Assembly: GCA_964016885.1 (NCBI GenBank)
Contig: OZ024745.1
Coordinates: 41,912,001-41,976,000, forward strand
Source of the DNA: Eledone cirrhosa
Lineage: Eukaryota
DNA: 64,000 nt
Reading direction: 5' to 3'
The position numbers and the translations under genes were made by a program. This document shows, one piece after another, positions 1 through 12,047 of the stretch. How positions within the stretch are numbered: the stretch's first letter is position 1; each line of letters starts with the position of its first letter. The notes under the pieces were generated by a model. The model searched no databases and was not told the DNA's origin. It saw only the letters and a program-made list of their open reading frames with translations.

Positions 1-501
1 GTCACGAACAGGGCAACAATTCTTTACACTGATCTTCGCAAGGGAAGAATTCGCCATTCATCTTGGGGTTAACGCCTTCACAAATAAAATCGACAACATC
101 GATCTCAAGAAGTCATTCAGATGGAAATGATATACTTATCACGATAAACAACTAAATGAAAATTAAATTGAAGATCATATCAATGTATAAGACTCTTTAG
201 GAACTGTGACAAAGATCAATTTCATTTTGTTAGATTTAATGTTTAAGATATGGAATAAATGTTTGTACCAGTCAGTATATCTAACGACGGAATATTTGTA
301 GCATCGCAGCTATAATTCCTTACAATTTGTATTTCGCATTCCATGCAACATATCAGGATACAAACTAAAATACCATTTGTTAATTTGGTAACTGAAGACC
401 ACAGGAAAGGCGCACAGAAATTTCTCTGCCAGTTGTTTTCGTCATATATCATAATATTTTTAATGATGTGAAGCTTATTTTGTTCAGATTTCAAAAACAT
501 A

Positions 502-533
<32 letters not shown>

Positions 534-536
<3 letters not shown>

Positions 537-1186
537 AAAAAGTATCACACTAGTGAGAGATACAGTGCGCTATCAATAAAACAGGGAAAAACCACCAGTG
601 TATGGAATCTATAACCTATGAAAGCTCCGTTAATTTATCCTGATATTTCGATCCTTATAACAGTCTTTCCTCTCTCTCTGTTTGGTTAAGCACACCTCTC
701 TGAGTGGTTTTGGGCTGCCCTTTCTAGCAGCTCGTCCCTCAGAGGCCACTGGTTCACTGCCCTTAAACACGTTGTGACTTCTCTCTCCCACGTGTAGCTG
801 GACGGTCGCTTTAAATTCTCTTAGTGTTGTCTGAAATGTATAGCCTAGCACACGCTGATGAACCATGGGTTATTTCATTTCTCTCAACAACTTACAGGCG
901 AAACAGATCTCTTTGGATGTGTACGTGTGTTATATAGTTATAGAGATATGTATTTACACTTTAATTAAAATCTTTAATTATCGTGTGTCTACTCTGCCTT
1001 TCATAGGTTATAGATTCCATACACTGGTGGTTTTTCCCTGTTTTATTGACAACGCACTGTATCTCTCCCTAGTGTGTTACCTTTTCAACATATTGTATTT
1101 TAAAGAGCTCAGGATTTCTTCTCCTTTGAGCACATTATTTACAGGGAACGGCGAGCGTCTATGGCTCCGTTAATTTATCGTGATAT
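534..1186 (+). mobile_element. Hammerhead-bearing Penelope-like/retrozyme-like element with inverted 5' segment
   Basis: Flanked by (TA)n. 534-624 is an inverted copy of 998-1088. 624-646 (gctccgttaatttatcctgatat) directly repeats the 3' end 1164-1186. Hammerhead at 849-929. Confidence 0.75.
849..929 (+). ncRNA. Type I hammerhead ribozyme motif
   Basis: cacacg-CTGATGA-(imperfect stem II)-GAAA-cagatc..gatgtg-TA-cgtgtg. Stem I cacacg/cgtgtg is perfect and the cleavage triplet is GUA. Confidence 0.7.
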
Positions 1187-1396
<210 letters not shown>

Positions 1397-1584
1397 AGTA
1401 ATAATAATAAATTTGAAGACTAAAATCTAAAGAGGGCTCGATAAGGATAAATATATATCAAATATATAAGAACCGCAGAGCAAATATTTATTAAAATAAC
1501 AGATTAAAGTTTAAGCAAAGAATCGCTGCTTTCACCCTTAACGGGATCTTCTGAAACTAACAAAGTCAATCTGTAAACGCAGAA
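1397..1584 (-). mobile_element. Family A hammerhead element (copy 1, no fold-back)
   Basis: Near-identical to 53009-53230, 59531-59770 and 61369-61593; bounded by (TA)n. Confidence 0.8.
1508..1558 (-). ncRNA. Type I hammerhead-like motif with variant core (CAGAAGA)
   Basis: Minus strand: agttt-CAGAAGA-t-ccc-gttaa-ggg-t-GAAA-gca-gcgattctt-tgc-TT-aaact. All three stems pair. Confidence 0.6.
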
Positions 1585-1845
1585 TATATATATATATCTG
1601 TATATATATATATATATAGTACACGCACTACTTTCCCTTGCAGTTTCTTGCCGAAAAGATATCATCAAATGTAAATGTTTCAGTTGTCACGCTTTCGAAT
1701 GTTTGAATTCGGCAAGAAATTTGAAGGAATGGAAAAGTAGGTAACTTTAACTGTAATATAATAATAATTATATACTTTGTTCGCAAACTATAATTCTATT
1801 GGAGGGCGTGTTGTTTTACTGTAAATTTTTCTTCTACAAAATTAC

Positions 1846-2090
1846 CGGAGACTGAGGTTGGTTGGACATGCTCACCGACATCCAGAGTTGACACTGCACT
1901 CGGTGCTCCTGTGGGAGCCCCTGCATGGACACACTGGAAGAGGAAGACCGAGGTTAACATATGTTGATGCCCTAAGGACAGACACTGGTCTCTTGAAGAC
2001 CCAGGACATGGCAGCGATAATAAGGGACAGAGACCGCTGGAGAGAACTCGCCCATGGATCTCGGGAATTTTACCCGCCCTAGATAGATAT
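1846..2090 (+). mobile_element. RTE-clade LINE, 3' fragment (C-terminus of RT ORF)
   Basis: RRLRLVGHAHRHPEL..VLLWEPLHG..GRGRPRLTYVD..DTG..RDRDRWR matches the typical RTE C-terminal motif; short tagatagat tail. Confidence 0.88.
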
Positions 2091-3273
2091 TTATATAGAA
2101 ATAAGGCGGTTATTTTGAACAAACATTAACAAGTCATACAAAATACTTTGCGGCATTTAGTAATGTCTATTTACGTTTGGATTTTAAATTCCATCACTAT
2201 CAACTTTGCTTTTTATGATTCTGATTTAAATGAAATAATGTACCAGTCAACTACTGGAGTCGATATAATCGATGCACCCACCCCCTTCCCCGCCGCAAAA
2301 AAAAATGTTTGGCCTTGTTCCAATTTCAGAAATTTATATTTATATACAGTATTCTCATAGTGTATAATGCATTATAGGATATTCGTCAATTATATATTGT
2401 CAAGCTTATAGAACTGTGAATAATGCTACAGGATGTAATAACATTCCGTGTGTTGTTTAAAAACATATAACTGGAAATCCTCCCGTTGACAAACCAGTGT
2501 TCTGCCTTTAAATTTAGGTTATAAATTTTAATAAAGAAAAATATTACATTTTTTTTTTCTAACGCAATATGTCGCGTGCCATTTTTCAAGTAAAATAAAT
2601 TTAATCTGGGTGTTCTGGACTTTCTTTCTTTTTTTAAAAGTAGAATAAATTTGTATGACCCAGATTTGGAAATAATCCAACATTTAGACGAATAAATAAT
2701 AGCAGGAAAAGGATTTTTCATGCGAAACATGTTCTCACACCGCCATCAACTTCCCTCAGCACCAACACGACAATAATTAACACCACCTTCACCAACACCA
2801 CTACCACCACCACCATCATCACAGCAACTAACAATTTCAATAAACCCCCAAAATATGTATCTAAAAAAAAACAATAATTTCATACTATTTCTAGGTTGAC
2901 TACATAGCCAACACCAGGCACACACACCATCACCACCACCACCAGTAGTAGTAGTAGTAGTTGATTTTGTTGTTAAATAAAATCAATAGCAACAACAGTA
3001 ATAAAAATAAATAAATAAATAACACACAGATTTCACTATGGTTAGTTTTAAAATATAAGCACGAGATATTAAAAGACGCCAAATAGGATTGTTAACGGAA
3101 TGCACGTCTGAATCGATACTAAAAGATATGCGGCAACGTTATAGCACCTTTTGAATATGCAGATTAATGTTAACTGTATTCCAGTTTCATATAGATATAT
3201 AGATACACAGAGAAACTCCCACACAAACACGCACGCACAACCACACACAGATGTACGTATGTATATATATATG

Positions 3274-3361
<88 letters not shown>

Positions 3362-3461
3362 CAGGGTGTCCCCAAAAAGATATACACAATTTAATTACCT
3401 GTACAGGCATTATTTATTAGAATGCACAGCCTGTGTGAATACATTTTCTAGGGACATCCTG
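3362..3461. mobile_element. Tc1/mariner-type MITE (100 bp)
   Basis: TA|cagggtgtcccaaaaagatatacaca ... tgtgaatacattttctagggacatcctg|TA: imperfect TIRs with TA TSD. Confidence 0.75.
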
Positions 3462-3531
3462 TACATACATACATACATACATACATACGTACATACATAC
3501 ATACATACGTACATACATACATATATATATG

Positions 3532-3602
<71 letters not shown>

Positions 3603-3713
3603 TTCTCCTTAGATGAACTGGTTCGTTCTATTTGTGCTTCAAATATTCTTGGCATATTTAAAGCAAATTTAATCTCACAAACCACTACACTTCTCTCTCT
3701 CTCTTTCTTTCTG

Positions 3714-3837
<124 letters not shown>

Positions 3838-3902
3838 ATTATATATATATATATATATTATATATATATATTATATATATATATATTATATATATATATA
3901 TA

Positions 3903-4074
3903 TAACGGAGGAGTTGTTTTAAGGAGCCAGATGGACCATAACGCACCAGAATACTCAATACTTAGAGTAGTAGAGTGGGTAATAGGAGAAAGTATGACCC
4001 CCACGGCAGAGCTCAAGCCGTTTCGACGGCTATTTCTGGACTAAAGCCACTTTAGTCCAGAAATACTTTCTCCT
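3903..4074 (-). mobile_element. Family B (TA)n-inserted repeat (copy 1)
   Basis: Shares aacg.aggagttg..taagga.ccagatggaccataacgcaccaga.tactcaatactta with 10879, 33331, 44066 and 60744; ends in a short palindrome. Confidence 0.75.
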
Positions 4075-4085
4075 ATATATATATA

Positions 4086-4216
4086 TATAGAAATGGTTTC
4101 TCCCAAATGAAACAGCTCTTGTCCCGTAGAAGCCATTTCTATATTAACTATTTGTACTCTGCTATGTATTGAGTACCTTACTTACTGTGGTTACCCCCGA
4201 CTGAACTCGAGATAAA

Positions 4217-4220
<4 letters not shown>
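4086..4220 (+). mobile_element. Family D (TA)n-inserted fold-back repeat (copy 1)
   Basis: tatagaaatggtttct ... agaagccatttctata inverted pair plus tail; homologous to 43495-43613 and 62541-62666. Confidence 0.7.
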
Positions 4221-4280
<60 letters not shown>

Positions 4281-4284
<4 letters not shown>

Positions 4285-4615
4285 TTGGTGCTCTGAAATA
4301 CCGATATATATATGAATGTATATATAGTGTATTTTACAATATACCGTATGCTTAATTAAAAGCATTTCGAAGACCTTACGCTATTGTTTTAGAGTAGTGA
4401 CAGTCTCACTTACTTTAAATTTTCAGCAAACAGGGGAGATAAAGCTGACAGAGCTCTGTTTCGTACCTTTTGGTACTTATCAAAGCTAACTACTCCACCT
4501 GTTTGCTGAGATTTTAAAGTAAGTGAGACTGTCACTACTCTAAAACAATAGCGTAAGGTCTTCGAAATGCTTTTAATTAAGCATACAGTGTATTGCAAAA
4601 TACACTATATATACA

Positions 4616-4621
<6 letters not shown>
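4281..4621 (-). mobile_element. Fold-back hammerhead element
   Basis: Inverted arms ~4311-4438 and ~4493-4621, hammerhead in the loop, ~30-bp unique tail at left, (TA)n on both sides. Confidence 0.85.
4443..4487 (-). ncRNA. Type I hammerhead ribozyme with compensatory C3U/G8A core
   Basis: Minus strand: agct-TTGATAA-gtacc-aaaa-ggtac-GAAA-cagagctctg-TC-agct. Perfect stems, palindromic stem III, GUC site. Confidence 0.85.
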
Positions 4622-4697
<76 letters not shown>

Positions 4698-4906
4698 GGG
4701 TACCGAGGAATAACGTGCTTCTATGTGGACAATAATGTCCGGTAAATCCTCTTAGCATCGATAGTACTTGGCACAGCTGGAAGGAGCAATAGTAACGGAA
4801 GGAACCGAAATAGTTGAGATTTTCCGTCGACCGCTGATGAAGGGAATGTCCCGCAGTGCAAGCTGTATTTAGAATTTCAGTATGCATATATATATATATA
4901 TATATA

Positions 4907-4980
<74 letters not shown>

Positions 4981-4984
4981 ATTA

Positions 4985-5327
<343 letters not shown>

Positions 5328-6081
5328 AATAGAGTGAAAGATATTATATTAAGAATTCTGAGGTGTATAAAAGTCTGTCACACTGGAAAGAGGATGAAAA
5401 GAGGGGGTATGCGTGCGTAAGAGCGCATGCACGGGAGAAAGGGAGAGAAAGAGAGAGAGAGAGGGTTGTTAACTCTTTTGCGAAAAATATTGTTTATCCT
5501 CAAATAAATAAAACTATATAATATTCTATTTTGGTAGTTTAAGACAGTTGTTAAATTTCTTCGAAATATTTTGTTGTGCTATGTATATGTAACTAAGTAC
5601 TGTATATAATACTCATGTGTATATTATATACTCATAAGTATATAACTTATGAATAGAACTTTTAAAAAGTCGCATTAATCTTTTTATTCTTAGTGGCTGT
5701 TGCTAATTAAACCGTGGAATTTCCACGGGGTCAGCTAGAATTTAATAAAGTAATACAAAATATTATGGCATATACATTGTTGCTCAATTGAGCAGTTAAT
5801 TATTATTTCTTCAGATTACTTGCTTTATAATGTAATGCTGCAAAATAATATGTGCTTTACCATACACATATAATTTATTAGCACATAGTAATGTAAGCAA
5901 TTGCTTTCCTAAACTACAACTATCTGCTATAGTATTCCCGAACAGCAATGGTACTCCCGACGGACTTCCGTCTACCAACTTTCCATGTACTAAATTTCAT
6001 TAAGAGAGGCTTTGGTTGATCCAAAGTGTCAGGAGGTGTTTGATTTTATTGGTGCATATATTTTATACTCTATTGTAGGTG

Positions 6082-6156
<75 letters not shown>

Positions 6157-6223
6157 GAAGGCTTTCAAAATGTTTATTTATAAACATACCGTATATCGCT
6201 AGATAGACAAAACATTTACTATA

Positions 6224-6312
<89 letters not shown>

Positions 6313-6320
6313 GAGAGAGT

Positions 6321-6358
<38 letters not shown>

Positions 6359-6359
6359 C

Positions 6360-6497
<138 letters not shown>

Positions 6498-6602
6498 AAC
6501 TGAACATATGTGGTTTTTCGCAAAAATTGTTTTTTTTTCTTTCCGTTCCTTCTTCTCACTTTCCTCTATATTTCTATTTCTGCCTTTATTTCTCACTTTA
6601 TC

Positions 6603-6644
6603 TTCTGATGAAGGACTGGCGTCCGAAACGTTATCAAGCGTTAA
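6603..6644 (+). ncRNA. Minimal hammerhead-like motif (weak stem I)
   Basis: CTGATGA-a-ggac-tggc-gtcc-GAAA-cg..cg-TT. Degenerate relative at 16140-16166 (ctaatgaaggactaacgtccgatacg). Confidence 0.55.
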
Positions 6645-7319
6645 ACTAATAATATATATCTTCATTAGATTGTGTCGTTTTTGCTGTGTTCTTTTCCGTT
6701 TACATTTTGCATACATATATATACGTGCATATGTGTGTTTGTGTATGTATGTGTGTGCGTTTGCATGTGCGTGTGTATCATACATCTTAGATTGACTAGG
6801 GACCCGAGATTTTCCTTCGGTGCCGATTGTATTCTCATCGGTGACCCAGTGAATCTAAGATGCATCATATATTTGACTCTGCTACCAGCATTGAGCAACT
6901 TCAGTAATGTCTTTTGTTACTTATATTCCTACAAATCATATACTGTTAACTATGACAGTACAATCGTTATGTTTCACTCTGTTGTACCTCATCAGAGACT
7001 TTCGCTATAGGCGATCCTTCAGGCAAGAGATCTTGGAAATATAGGGAAAAAGAAATAGATAAAAAGAGAGTAGATGTCTGAAGTAAAGAGAGTTTTATGC
7101 AGACATCGCTTGTTTTATATAATAAAGACTCTAATTAACAATAACACAAAAACACCATGGTTCAGAATAGAGGCAAATATGGATCTATATACAATATGTT
7201 TTTGTACAATAAACATACATCTCGTCTCGTTGTGAGTATTTTAAATTTACTCTAGTATCCATGAAAAAGTTCCATATACACATTTCAGAATTTTTAACAA
7301 TCCCCACGAGTTAGTAAAT

Positions 7320-7509
7320 AATTGTTTCTACTTTTGGCACAAGGCCAGCAATTACCCCAGTGCATTACTGGTACTTTATTTTATCGACCCCTAAGGATGA
7401 AAGGCAAAGTTAACATCAGCGGGATTTGAACTCAGATCATAAAGAACCGTAACTCTTTGCTGCAAAACATGGCGTCTGAACCTCTACCAATACTGCCAAT
7501 CCACCACCC
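7320..7509 (-). mobile_element. tRNA-derived SINE family 1 (Nin/Deu-like central domain)
   Basis: Minus strand: A-box-like tggcagtattgg, B-box gttcaaatcc, then tttgcctttcatcct..ggggtcgataaaataaagtaccag. Confidence 0.85.
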
Positions 7510-7526
7510 TTACTGTCTTAGTAAAT

Positions 7527-7710
7527 AATTGTTTCTACTTTTGGCACAAGGCCAGCAATTACCCAGTGCATTACTGGTACTTTATTTTATCGACACCGTA
7601 AGGATGAAAGGCAAAGTCAACCTCGGCGGGATTTGAACTCAGATCGTAAAGGGAAGTAACTATGCGGGAAAGCATGGTGTCTGACCCTCTACCGATACTG
7701 CCAATCCACC
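7527..7710 (-). mobile_element. SINE family 1, tandem second copy
   Basis: Same motifs, immediately adjacent to the previous copy. Confidence 0.85.
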
Positions 7711-8020
7711 CACTAACTCCTAAAAATGTAAATAAATCAACGCATATCAAACATCCTTACAAAGTTGCTGAGGTAGTTATATAATCACTGCTTATAATAC
7801 TCATGGCGTGACAATGAGTATGTTTGGTACATATAGAAATATTGTATATGGAGCAGTATATACTTTTTATCGGAACCCCGCTGTTAGGACTATTGCTAAT
7901 TAATACTATCAATTAAAGCTAGCTTGCACGACATGTATATAAGCTTTCAACAGAAGTAGTTTGTTTACATAATCTATATATTACTGCTTTTTATACTTCT
8001 GTATTTCAGCGAAAGCACGC

Positions 8021-8060
8021 GTGTGCTGATGACGCGCAACAGCGTTGAAATATATACCAC
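8021..8060 (+). ncRNA. Degenerate minimal hammerhead-like motif
   Basis: gtgtg-CTGATGA-cgcgc-aaca-gcgtt-GAAA-tata-TA-ccac; mismatches in stems I and II. Confidence 0.4.
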
Positions 8061-8133
8061 TTTTATACCAATACCGAAGTAGCTGTGATACATCCACAGA
8101 TTTAAATACTTACAGCGCGACTATATGTAGGTT

Positions 8134-8357
8134 TGTAGATTGGCAGAATCGGTAGAGCGCAGGACAACATTATTTGGAGAATATAGTTACGGCCCTTTAC
8201 TTTCTGAGTTAAAACCGCCGAGGTAAGCTTTACCTGTCATCATCCTTACGAGGTCGATAAAATAAAGAACGAGTATTGCACTGGGTCGGTTAAATCGACT
8301 TTCCCCCCCCCCCCCCCCCCCCCCAAATTGTTGGTCCTTTACCTAAATCAGAAACCA
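8134..8357 (+). mobile_element. SINE family 1, older subfamily
   Basis: ttggcagaatcggtagagc..ctgagttaaaaccgccgaggt..gaggtcgataaaataaag. Confidence 0.75.
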
Positions 8358-8918
8358 TTATAATATATAAACATCTTGTATATATGGATATATATATCCA
8401 TATATATCTATATACGCCTATAAATTATTTAATGTAGTGGCCCAATACAAAGATTCACAGCGAGAATCGAACATCGTGATATGTTGTACATTAATTACTA
8501 CAACAGATGATTGTTTTTTAAAGCTAACGGTCTCATTTACGATGGCGAAAGGTTTAAGTTGCTTTTAGACGTTATGTTTTAATTGAAAATGGTAAGCTGT
8601 CGCTTGTAATAAAATATGCCTCACAGTCTCCTAGAGATTAACCCAATAATTACAGAAACTTCTATGTAAAATGAAACCAATTTTACGCACGCACACACAC
8701 ACACAAACACATATATACACGCGCATTTACACACACACATAGTTACAAACATATACAGACATAAGCATACTTATACTCACATGCATACATGGATATTTGT
8801 TTGTGTGAATGGGTATGTTGGGGGAATTTATGTACGTATGAGTGCATATATATATAATACTTCTGTATGCAGTTATGTATACAAATATGTGTATGTGTGA
8901 ATATATATATATATATAT

Positions 8919-9000
<82 letters not shown>

Positions 9001-9004
<4 letters not shown>

Positions 9005-9267
9005 AATTAAAAGATTGTTAAAGAAGTTCCATATATTTTATTATGCGCATTTCGAAAACAACATCATCCTGGGACAAAAACTGTGTTCTCATCACAATTT
9101 TTGTCCCAGGATGATGTTGTTTTCGAAATGCGCATAATAAAATATATGGAAATTCTTTAACCATCTTTTAATTTCTTCTATAATATATACTCCAGTTCTA
9201 CCAAATGTTGAGTGCTACTTATCTGATATATGCATACTTTTATTGTTCTACAATATTACTCACCTTC

Positions 9268-9270
<3 letters not shown>
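9001..9270 (+). mobile_element. Fold-back element truncated inside a hammerhead
   Basis: Arms 9001-9085 and 9093-9177, tail 9178-9270, (TA)n flanks. The minus arm reads TGATGA-gaacacag..ttgttttc-GAAA-tgcgca-TA. Related fragment at ~42236-42290. Confidence 0.8.
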
Positions 9271-9348
<78 letters not shown>

Positions 9349-9987
9349 TTGTATTCGTCAACATCAAGTTGATATATATATATATATATATATATATCAG
9401 GGTGATGTTGACGGATATGAGAATGAGTACCAGTACCGTAGAAGAGTTTAAATATTTTTCGTTATGGTTAAGTGTTGAGTCTTGTTATTCTAGAGTTTTT
9501 CCTGTGAGAACACCGGATCATCAGACAATACTTTTGCATTACCATTGATTTCGTAGTCAGAAAGAGATACGTCTAAATCATCGGAAGCATTAAGTAAAAA
9601 GTTACGGAGACAAACAATATGGCTGCTCTGTTGTAATTATTAGGTGGTTTCATTAGTTCATTCAGGTCAAGGGGTTGCGCTCACAGTTCACCGATAACAT
9701 ATCTTTTAATTCTTTGTACTATTATCTCCTTGTATCTGACAAAGAATCATAGTTGGTTGAATTCTTGCTGACGCAAGAGAAAGAGACACTATATAACATA
9801 AGTTCTAGTCTGTTTGCCAAACAAACAATGAACTGTCCCATGCGGTAAAATGTATTTATCCGCTACACTGTCTATCTCCTTTATATTGTCTATCAAGAGG
9901 CTATACTATAATGTACGTAAATTATATTAATTCAATACAATTTTTAATCCCTGTGTCTCTACACAGCGCAAAGTCACGTATTCTGGC

Positions 9988-10029
<42 letters not shown>

Positions 10030-10457
10030 ATATATATATGTATGTATATATATTAACCTCAGGTGATTTTCTGTTGACATTCCCATCCAATAGCTATTTT
10101 ATTATAGAGTCTAGATTTTCTATTAAGTCCTTTGCCATAAAAGCACTCTTGGTGCCTTAGAGAAATATTATTATAATATAGATTTTATTCGCTTCCTTAG
10201 ATGTTAATTCTATATAAGTAGAGTTCCTTGATGTAAAGTTTCTTCACCCTGAAATCTGTATTAGAATTTCATATTTCGGCTTAGTTCAATCCATAATATA
10301 CCTCAGTTCATTTTACCTTAGATATGAGGCTACGTAAACAAATATAATTAACACAGTATACCTTTCCGTAGCATGATGACGAAACTAACACAGTCGCACA
10401 CACATTTATATATACGAACATATGTACGTACATAATACTTATGAATAAATAAATAAA

Positions 10458-10551
<94 letters not shown>

Positions 10552-10575
10552 TAGATAGATATAGATATATATATA

Positions 10576-10651
10576 TACAGAAGTACTTCCACAAGAGTTA
10601 GTTGGTGAAACAAAGGTGAAACAAAAGTTTCACCTTATGCGGATTTTCAGT

Positions 10652-10655
<4 letters not shown>
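10576..10655 (-). mobile_element. Family E short repeat with hammerhead-like motif
   Basis: Shares ttccacaagagttag and gtttcaccttat.cggattttca with 48560-48695. Minus strand: CTGAAAA-tcc..gg-t-GAAA. Confidence 0.5.
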
Positions 10656-10733
<78 letters not shown>

Positions 10734-10878
10734 TATATAATTTATTTACCTATATACACACTATACAAACTATATATATATATACGCACAGAGACACACG
10801 CACACATACGCACACATACACACACACACTCACACACACACACACACACGCACCCAGACACACACACATATATATATA

Positions 10879-11037
10879 TAACGAAGGAGTTGTGGTAAGG
10901 AACCAGATGGACCATAACGTACCGGAGTACTCAATAGTTAGGGTAGTAGAGTGGGTAATAGGACAATGTATAACCCGGACGGCAGACCTGAAGCCGTCGA
11001 AACTGCTTGAGCTCTGCCGTCGGGGTCATACATTTTC

Positions 11038-11040
<3 letters not shown>
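10879..11040 (-). mobile_element. Family B copy 2 with fold-back end
   Basis: Homologous to 3903-4074; 10961-10997 is imperfectly inverted at 11002-11038. Confidence 0.75.
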
Positions 11041-11075
<35 letters not shown>

Positions 11076-11556
11076 CCCTCCGCTGTGACCAGTCTGTTTC
11101 TTTCTTACTGCTATCCTCTTTCTCTCTTTCTCTCTCCTTGTATCTCTTACCTTCATTCACCTCCTCTGCCAGTCACTCTCTCTCGGCTGGCCCCACACTT
11201 TCACTCACTCACTCTCTGCTCCTCCCCCCTCTCTCACTTCCTCCCGTCTGACCGATGTGAAATCCTTTTCTCGCTCACATTTCACAGGGTCTGGACGCGT
11301 CTTTTTCTTCTCGTCCACGATTTGCTCAAACTTAAGTTCACAGATATCATGGACTTGTCTCTCATATTCCTCTCTTTCCGTTGCCTTACCATCTCTGTTT
11401 GTTTACCTGTCTCGCTTTCTCCACCCAATTCTTTTTGTCCCAATAACTTTTTATAGTTATTGCTCACCACCAACCGGAGGTATATGATCTTTAATGTCAT
11501 CTAATGATGACAACCCTTTACCCTAAAGCAGTGGTTCACAATTTGTTTTTGCCAAC

Positions 11557-12003
11557 GGCACACCTTGGAAGACATGAAAAAAAGAGGCACATCTGGCTAA
11601 GGCATACCTTGGAACACATGAAAAAATAGAGGCACACCTGGCTAAGGCACACCTTGGAACACATGAAAAAATAGAGGCACACCTGGCTAAGGCACACCTT
11701 GGAACACATGAATAAATAGAGGCACACCTGGCTAAGACACACCTTGGAACACATGAATAAATAGAGGCACACCTGGCTAAGACACACCTTGGAACACATG
11801 AATAAATAGAGGCACACCTGGCTAAGGCACAACTTGGAACACATGAAAAAATAGAGGCACACCTGACTAAGGCGCACCTTGGAACACATGAAAAAATAGC
11901 GGAACACCTGGCTAAGGCACAACTTGAAACACATGAAAAAATAGCGGAACACCTGGCTTAGGCCCAACTTGGAACACATGAAAAATAGAGGCACACCTGG
12001 CTA
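11557..12003. repeat. 45-bp minisatellite, ~10 copies
   Basis: Unit ggcacaccttggaacacatgaaaaaatagaggcacacctggctaa; period 45 (11601, 11646, 11691). Confidence 0.95.
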
Positions 12004-12047
12004 AATATATATGAAAAATATTTGAATTTTACAAAACAAAAAAATGG

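Noticed and set aside
1-500. Possible coding exon (ORF 243-548 and neighbours)
   Set aside because: All frames are interrupted by stops, no recognisable domain, and the ORF start lies across a microsatellite.
11536-11994. 152-aa ORF with a 15-aa repeat
   Set aside because: Translation of the 45-bp minisatellite inside a transposon; no evidence of coding function.
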